Part shown: positions 59,106 to 64,000 of the stretch, one piece after another | How positions within the stretch are numbered: the first letter of the stretch is position 1 | How the letters are laid out: every line of letters begins with the position of its first letter | Program-made: the position numbers and the translations under genes | Assembly (NCBI GenBank): GCA_044356455.1 | Contig: JBIKWF010000002.1 | Span: forward strand, 72,910 to 136,909 | DNA from: Bdellovibrionota bacterium | GTDB lineage: Bacteria > Bdellovibrionota_C > UBA2361 > JBGSMV01 | Reading direction: 5' to 3' | Length of the DNA: 64,000 bases | Notes under the pieces: generated by a model | The model's database searches: none | What the model was told of the DNA's origin: nothing | The model's input: only the letters and a program-made list of their open reading frames with translations

Positions 59106-60767
59106 TTACCGCTGCCCAGCTCGCACAAGACCCGGGAACTCTAGACCCTCGAGCGAAGCCCGCAGTAACTCGGCGAAACGCTGCGCATGTTTTTCTACAG
59201 AGTGGTCACGCATGCAGCGGGCATGGCCAGCTTGTGCAATTACCTCAGCTTGCTCAGGGTGCGCCGCGTAGAAGGCAATCTTCTCTAGCATGTCACGCTC
59301 ATCGCTAAAGGAAACTATTTCCTTCCCTACCTCAAAGTACCGCGATAGCCCTGCGTGATGATCTGTCAAAAGCAGCGAGCCGCAGCCCGTGCCCTCGAAG
59401 AGCCGCATACTGCCTGATTCAGTACCCGCCATATCATAATGCTTGCCCGAAACAGGGTCATGAAGAGTAATGGCACTGCCCCTTATATCAAGCACTATGC
59501 GACCACGGCGCAGCGCCTCAAAGTACCGTCTCCCAAAGAGGTCGCCGCGGTTAAGGCTCCGAACTGCTGGTGGAATAAACTGGGGGTCTCCACCAACATA
59601 GAACTCGGAAGAAAAGCGACGCCCATGATTCGCCTGGTCGATGGTACTGCGAGCAAGAAAATCGACGTACTCAACTCGGCGTTGATGTCCTTTAGTCAAC
59701 GATCCTGCAAACACCACGTCGGTCTGATGTGGCTGAGAGACTAATTTTTCAGCAAGCCAGCGTGGAAACCCAGGGTTGTGAGGGGCGACACTCGCCGCTC
59801 CTAAGGCGAGCATGATCTCTCTGCAGCCCGAAATATTTGAAACCATCAAGTCATACCCAGCCCATGAGATTCCACCGGGTATGGGCGCCGCTCGCCAGCC
59901 CACCATTAGTCTCGGCCGGAAAGGGAGGGAATTGATAAAGCCTGCCTCAAAGGTCAGAGGGTCATTGGTATAGACAATGTCAGGCTGGTAAAAGGCGATC
60001 TGTGCACGCGTAATTTCCTTAACCCAATCGCGAGAAATTGGCACAAGAACTTTGTGTTCCGTGAGCCACTTCTCCTGAGCAGGACGGCTGTTCGCAACGA
60101 TTACCCCAGTTTCAAAATCATGCGCTCGCAGCGCGGGCGCAAGAATGTGCGCAGCATTAAACCCATCTTGAACGAGCGCATCGACTTGCTCGTCAAAAGG
60201 CCTCAGAGAAAGCCCTGGCTGCGCCTTATACAATTGAAGAATTGATTCCTCATATGAGGTGAGAATCTGCAGCATGCGAAGAGGTCGCGTGGTAGGCGCC
60301 GTGGAGCGAGAAGTGGCAGAATCAATCTGCGCAGATTTTTCCTGAGCAGCCTCTTGCAATGCCTCCAGCACTACTTTTTCGAGGGTTTCGATTGAATACG
60401 AAGTGCAGCGCGGGGTCGTGCCAGAGGCCTGCTTAGGCCAAGAATCTGGCGTAAGAACCCTGCCGCCTCGAGAGACTATCTGAGCGATACGCTGCTTCGT
60501 CTCGGCATGCTCAGGGTTGTTTGAGGGCAATTCGACAAGAATATCAGCTTGGCGCAGGTTCGCGTGATGCCCTTCCGCAGAGTCAACAACATACATGGCG
60601 ACACCACCGGGAAGCGGCGGGAGGTCTCGCGGCGCTGAGAGAATTGCAAACGAAAAATTGAGAGGCTGCGAAAGAGGAAGCTTCCCAATTTTCATGAGCA
60701 CGCGCTCGATCTCTTGCCCAAGTGCTTGAGCACCTAAAACGCTCACGACATGCGGGACCTTATTCAT
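59106..60767 (-). CDS. Glycosyltransferase (CgeB/Glyco_trans_1_2-like)
   Basis: DVVFAGS, MRLFEGTGCGSLLLTD, FEVGKEIV. Confidence 0.85.
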   Translation of the reverse strand: MNKVPHVVSVLGAQALGQEIERVLMKIGKLPLSQPLNFSFAILSAPRDLPPLPGGVAMYVVDSAEGHHANLRQADILVELPSNNPEHAETKQRIAQIVSRGGRVLTPDSWPKQASGTTPRCTSYSIETLEKVVLEALQEAAQEKSAQIDSATSRSTAPTTRPLRMLQILTSYEESILQLYKAQPGLSLRPFDEQVDALVQDGFNAAHILAPALRAHDFETGVIVANSRPAQEKWLTEHKVLVPISRDWVKEITRAQIAFYQPDIVYTNDPLTFEAGFINSLPFRPRLMVGWRAAPIPGGISWAGYDLMVSNISGCREIMLALGAASVAPHNPGFPRWLAEKLVSQPHQTDVVFAGSLTKGHQRRVEYVDFLARSTIDQANHGRRFSSEFYVGGDPQFIPPAVRSLNRGDLFGRRYFEALRRGRIVLDIRGSAITLHDPVSGKHYDMAGTESGSMRLFEGTGCGSLLLTDHHAGLSRYFEVGKEIVSFSDERDMLEKIAFYAAHPEQAEVIAQAGHARCMRDHSVEKHAQRFAELLRASLEGLEFPGLVRAGQR

Positions 60768-62458
60768 AAGAGATCCTCCGCACAGCGCTCGGTATACAGC
60801 ATCTGCCAAATCGAAAAATTAAGTAGAGTGGAAACCTTATAGGTAGTATCCCAATCGGAAGCGGTCCAGCCACGTGCGCGGCAGCGCTCAAGAATCTGCT
60901 GCCCAAGTACTGGTCCATTAAAGAAGGGGCTTTGCTTCCAGACGCGGTGAGAAACCACTTTTTCTATGAGGGGCAGCAATCCGCCATTAAACCATTCTAT
61001 CATCGGCGCATTAAATCCGATCTTTTGTCTTCGCAGTCTGATTGACTCAGGAACTATGCCTCGAATGGCGTCGCGCAGAATTCTTTTGGTGACTCCTCCA
61101 CCCAGTTTAGCCGAAGCGTCAAGGGAGAATGCAAACTGCACAAGCCGGTAGTCCATGAGCGGCATACGCACTTCGACACCATGCGCGGCCGAGCAGCGGT
61201 CAAAATTTCTCAGGATAGTTGGCAAAACTTTCGAGTGGTACTCCTCATAGAGATGTTGATTAAGCTTGCCCCATTGATAATCGAGATACCAGGCATACCC
61301 TGCAAGAAGCTCATCTCCTCCGTGCCCATCAAGAGAAACTACCACTTTGTTGCGGCGCATTTCCCGGTAAAGAAGCCAAACTTGCACGGCGTATCCACCG
61401 GTTGGCTCATCCAGTGACCAGATGCAATCAACCAGATTTCGAAGAGCTTCGTCCGAATTAAATTCTAGAAAAGTAGGCTTCGCACCGAGCGCCTGAAGCA
61501 TGGTCTCCGCATGCACTCGCTCATCAATCGGACTGCCCGGAAACGTGGCGATAAAAGCGCGCTGCCAATCACCCGCCGTTCTCTCCAAAGATTTACTGGG
61601 CTGCGTGTGAAGGTGATGCATACACCCTGCTACCGCACTCGAATCAACACCTCCGCTTAGGCACGTCCCTACAGGAACATCGCTTCGCATACGAAGGCGC
61701 GTGGCATCGAGCAGCAATTCCCGAAAGGTTTCGACCTGGTCTTCATAGCGAGGTGGAACAGCAACTAAGTGCTGAGAGGTCTCCCACCAGCGACGCACGA
61801 CATAGGAGCCATCAGCTTTCACTCTCACCGAGTGCCCGCCTAAGAGCGATTTCACTCCCTTCAGAGCTGTCGAATCGGTAACCCCGTCGTAGCGCGCCCT
61901 TTCAAAAAGTGGCCCCACTATTTCTTCGTTGAGCTGAGAAGTGAAATCACCCAAGGCAAGGAAAGCTTTAAGCTCCGATGCGAACGCAAAACGCCGGCCC
62001 GCGTGATAGTAGAGCGGTTTGACCCCGAATCTATCACGCGCGATAAAAAGTTCCTGCGCGCTTTCGTCCCAGATAGCGATTGCCCACATACCGTTGCAGC
62101 GATCCAGGAATGCCTCACCCCACTTATCAAAGGCTGCGGCACACACTTCAGTATCAGTGTCGGAATTAAACCTGTACCCAAGAGCGCTAAGCTCGGAGCG
62201 GAGTTCTAGAAAATTAAAAACCTCGCCATTAAAGGTAATCCAGTATATCCGGCCCGACGGAGCCTCGTAGCGCATCGGACATTTTCCGGCGTCGCTAAGG
62301 TCCAAAATTGCAAGACGAACCTGACCAAGACCCACAGGTCCCACTATGTGAGTGCCATAACCATCTGGCCCGCGGTGCCTCACACTCAGCGTAAAGCGTG
62401 TTAATTCTTCCGTGGAGAGCCCCCCGCGCGGGTCAAGAATGCCAGCAATTCCGCACAT
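60764..62458 (-). CDS. asnB: Asparagine synthase-like glutamine amidotransferase
   Basis: MCGIAG, HRGPD, RDRFGVKP, LSGGVDSS, GHGGDE. Confidence 0.92.
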   Translation of the reverse strand: MCGIAGILDPRGGLSTEELTRFTLSVRHRGPDGYGTHIVGPVGLGQVRLAILDLSDAGKCPMRYEAPSGRIYWITFNGEVFNFLELRSELSALGYRFNSDTDTEVCAAAFDKWGEAFLDRCNGMWAIAIWDESAQELFIARDRFGVKPLYYHAGRRFAFASELKAFLALGDFTSQLNEEIVGPLFERARYDGVTDSTALKGVKSLLGGHSVRVKADGSYVVRRWWETSQHLVAVPPRYEDQVETFRELLLDATRLRMRSDVPVGTCLSGGVDSSAVAGCMHHLHTQPSKSLERTAGDWQRAFIATFPGSPIDERVHAETMLQALGAKPTFLEFNSDEALRNLVDCIWSLDEPTGGYAVQVWLLYREMRRNKVVVSLDGHGGDELLAGYAWYLDYQWGKLNQHLYEEYHSKVLPTILRNFDRCSAAHGVEVRMPLMDYRLVQFAFSLDASAKLGGGVTKRILRDAIRGIVPESIRLRRQKIGFNAPMIEWFNGGLLPLIEKVVSHRVWKQSPFFNGPVLGQQILERCRARGWTASDWDTTYKVSTLLNFSIWQMLYTERCAEDLL

Positions 62459-62468
62459 GCAAATGACC

Positions 62469-63620
62469 TTATCGCTTGGAAAAGAACCTTATAATTGTTT
62501 GCACGACTCGCTCGCGCTCACTCTCTTCAAAAAGAGGCTCTATGGGGATGCTTAAGACTTCTTTCACCATCTGCTCAGAATGCACGAGCGCCTCGGGAAC
62601 CACGCTACGTCCCTCGAATAGCTTCATGCGATGAAGAGGCACGGGGTAATACACCATGCTCTGAATTCCGCTCTCCTTAAGGAATTCCTGCAAGGCATCC
62701 CGGCGACCGCCCTTCACTCGCAGCGTATATTGATGAAAGACGTGCTCGCCTCGCGGGTCAATGAATGGGAGGACAAGGTCCGGGATGCCAGATAGCGCCT
62801 CGGTGTAAAATCGCGCGAGGGCCTGCCTTCGTATATTGAAGTCTCTAAGATACTTAAAGCGCGCCTGAACAATTGCTGCTTGAAGAGTATCAAGGCGAGC
62901 ATTATAGCCCACGATTTCGACGTTATATTTATCCTTTCCCCCGTGCTTGATGAGCATGGCGCAGGTATCGGCGAGTGCCTTATCACTCGTCACGACCATC
63001 CCACCATCACCAAATCCACCGAGGTTCTTGGATGGGAAAAAGCTATACGTACCAAGATCTCCGATACTTCCTGCGTAGTGAGTCCCCCAACGCGCCCCAA
63101 ACCCTTGAGCGACATCCTCGAGAAGAAATAACCCTCGCTCCTTAGCCAAAGCATTAAGCGCATCCATATCGGCGCACTGCCCATATAAATGGACAGGGAG
63201 AATCCCTACGACCGAAGCTGAGGTTGAGGCCAAGAAGCTCCTGACACGCTCAGGATCAAGGCAGTAGGTTTTGGGATCAATATCGAGGAATACTGGCGTT
63301 GCCCCAGCTCTGAGGATCGTGTCGCCTGTTGCGGTAAAGGTTGCCGCAGTAGTGATCACCAATTGATCCTTGGAGAAAAATTCCTGCTTGTGACGCACGA
63401 GAGCAAGGGCTCTCAATGCAACAAGAAGCGCTTCAGTTCCCGAGGACATTCCGATAGCATGGCTCGAGCCTGAGAACTCTGCGATTCGCCTCTCTAGTTC
63501 CGCGACCTCGGGACCAAGAATCCATTGTTGGTGCTCCAAGCAACGCGCGAGCGCCGCATCAATGTCCTGCTTCATGTGCGCGTACTGGCGCTTCATATCG
63601 AGCATGGAAAGTGGCGTCAT
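62469..63620 (-). CDS. DegT-family aminotransferase (WbpE-like)
   Basis: EDVAQ, SFFPSKNLGGFGDGG, NARLD. Confidence 0.92.
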   Translation of the reverse strand: MTPLSMLDMKRQYAHMKQDIDAALARCLEHQQWILGPEVAELERRIAEFSGSSHAIGMSSGTEALLVALRALALVRHKQEFFSKDQLVITTAATFTATGDTILRAGATPVFLDIDPKTYCLDPERVRSFLASTSASVVGILPVHLYGQCADMDALNALAKERGLFLLEDVAQGFGARWGTHYAGSIGDLGTYSFFPSKNLGGFGDGGMVVTSDKALADTCAMLIKHGGKDKYNVEIVGYNARLDTLQAAIVQARFKYLRDFNIRRQALARFYTEALSGIPDLVLPFIDPRGEHVFHQYTLRVKGGRRDALQEFLKESGIQSMVYYPVPLHRMKLFEGRSVVPEALVHSEQMVKEVLSIPIEPLFEESERERVVQTIIRFFSKR

Positions 63621-64000
63621 ACGTTTTCCTTGATGACAATAAGCTGCTCACCTTTCTCTTCGTATGAACTTTGGCAAGAAGCGCACGAGAGGACTCCCTT
63701 CTCGCTCTTCTTGAGCGTCACTCCGCACTTGCACACCCAGCCAACTCTGCGCGCCGGAACACCGACAAAGAGGCCATAATCTGGAACATCGCTCTTAACT
63801 ACGGCTCCCGCACCGATGAAGGCGTATCTTCCGATAGTAACGCCGCATACTACGGTGGCGTTAGCTCCTATTGCCGCGCCGCGTTTTACGAGCGTTTGTC
63901 TAAATTCACTTTTGCGTTCGATGAAAGCTCGAGGGGTATAGACATTCGTAAACACGCAAGAGGGGCCGCAAAACACCTCATCTTCAAGCACTACTCCAGC
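63617..64000 (-). CDS. Hexapeptide N-acetyltransferase (WbpD-like), 5' end outside window
   Basis: VFCGPSCVFTN, GAAIGANAT, GVPAR, C-terminal Cys knuckle. Confidence 0.88.
   Translation of the reverse strand, partial: AGVVLEDEVFCGPSCVFTNVYTPRAFIERKSEFRQTLVKRGAAIGANATVVCGVTIGRYAFIGAGAVVKSDVPDYGLFVGVPARRVGWVCKCGVTLKKSEKGVLSCASCQSSYEEKGEQLIVIKENV

Overview
Bacterial chromosomal window, about 50-55% GC by eye. The gene content resembles a deltaproteobacterial or Bdellovibrionota-like lineage, but that assignment is inference only. Housekeeping genes (pepA, trxB, accC-like, RluA-type synthase, gmhA, copA, an NtrC-type regulator) alternate with three blocks of surface-polysaccharide/O-antigen genes (about 20.4-28.2, 42.6-53.1 and 58.1-64 kb) and several orphan or accessory genes. 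The most unusual items are: (1) a 913-aa protein built of eight ~81-aa (243-bp) tandem repeats with a conserved scaffold and three localized hypervariable patches, a candidate modular nucleic-acid-binding repeat protein; (2) a DUF6502-like gene between two secreted collagen-like genes and a pilin-like gene, with a shared 15-bp palindrome (TGGGAAAnTTTCCCA-like) upstream of these and other orphan genes; (3) a stand-alone tRNA-dependent cyclodipeptide synthase divergent from a double Lrp regulator; (4) a PemK/MazF-like domain fused to RfbH; (5) a family of about 8 MITE-like elements with shared 16-bp ends but different hairpin cargo; (6) an unassigned ~88-nt structured RNA candidate. I found no rRNA, canonical tRNA or CRISPR array.
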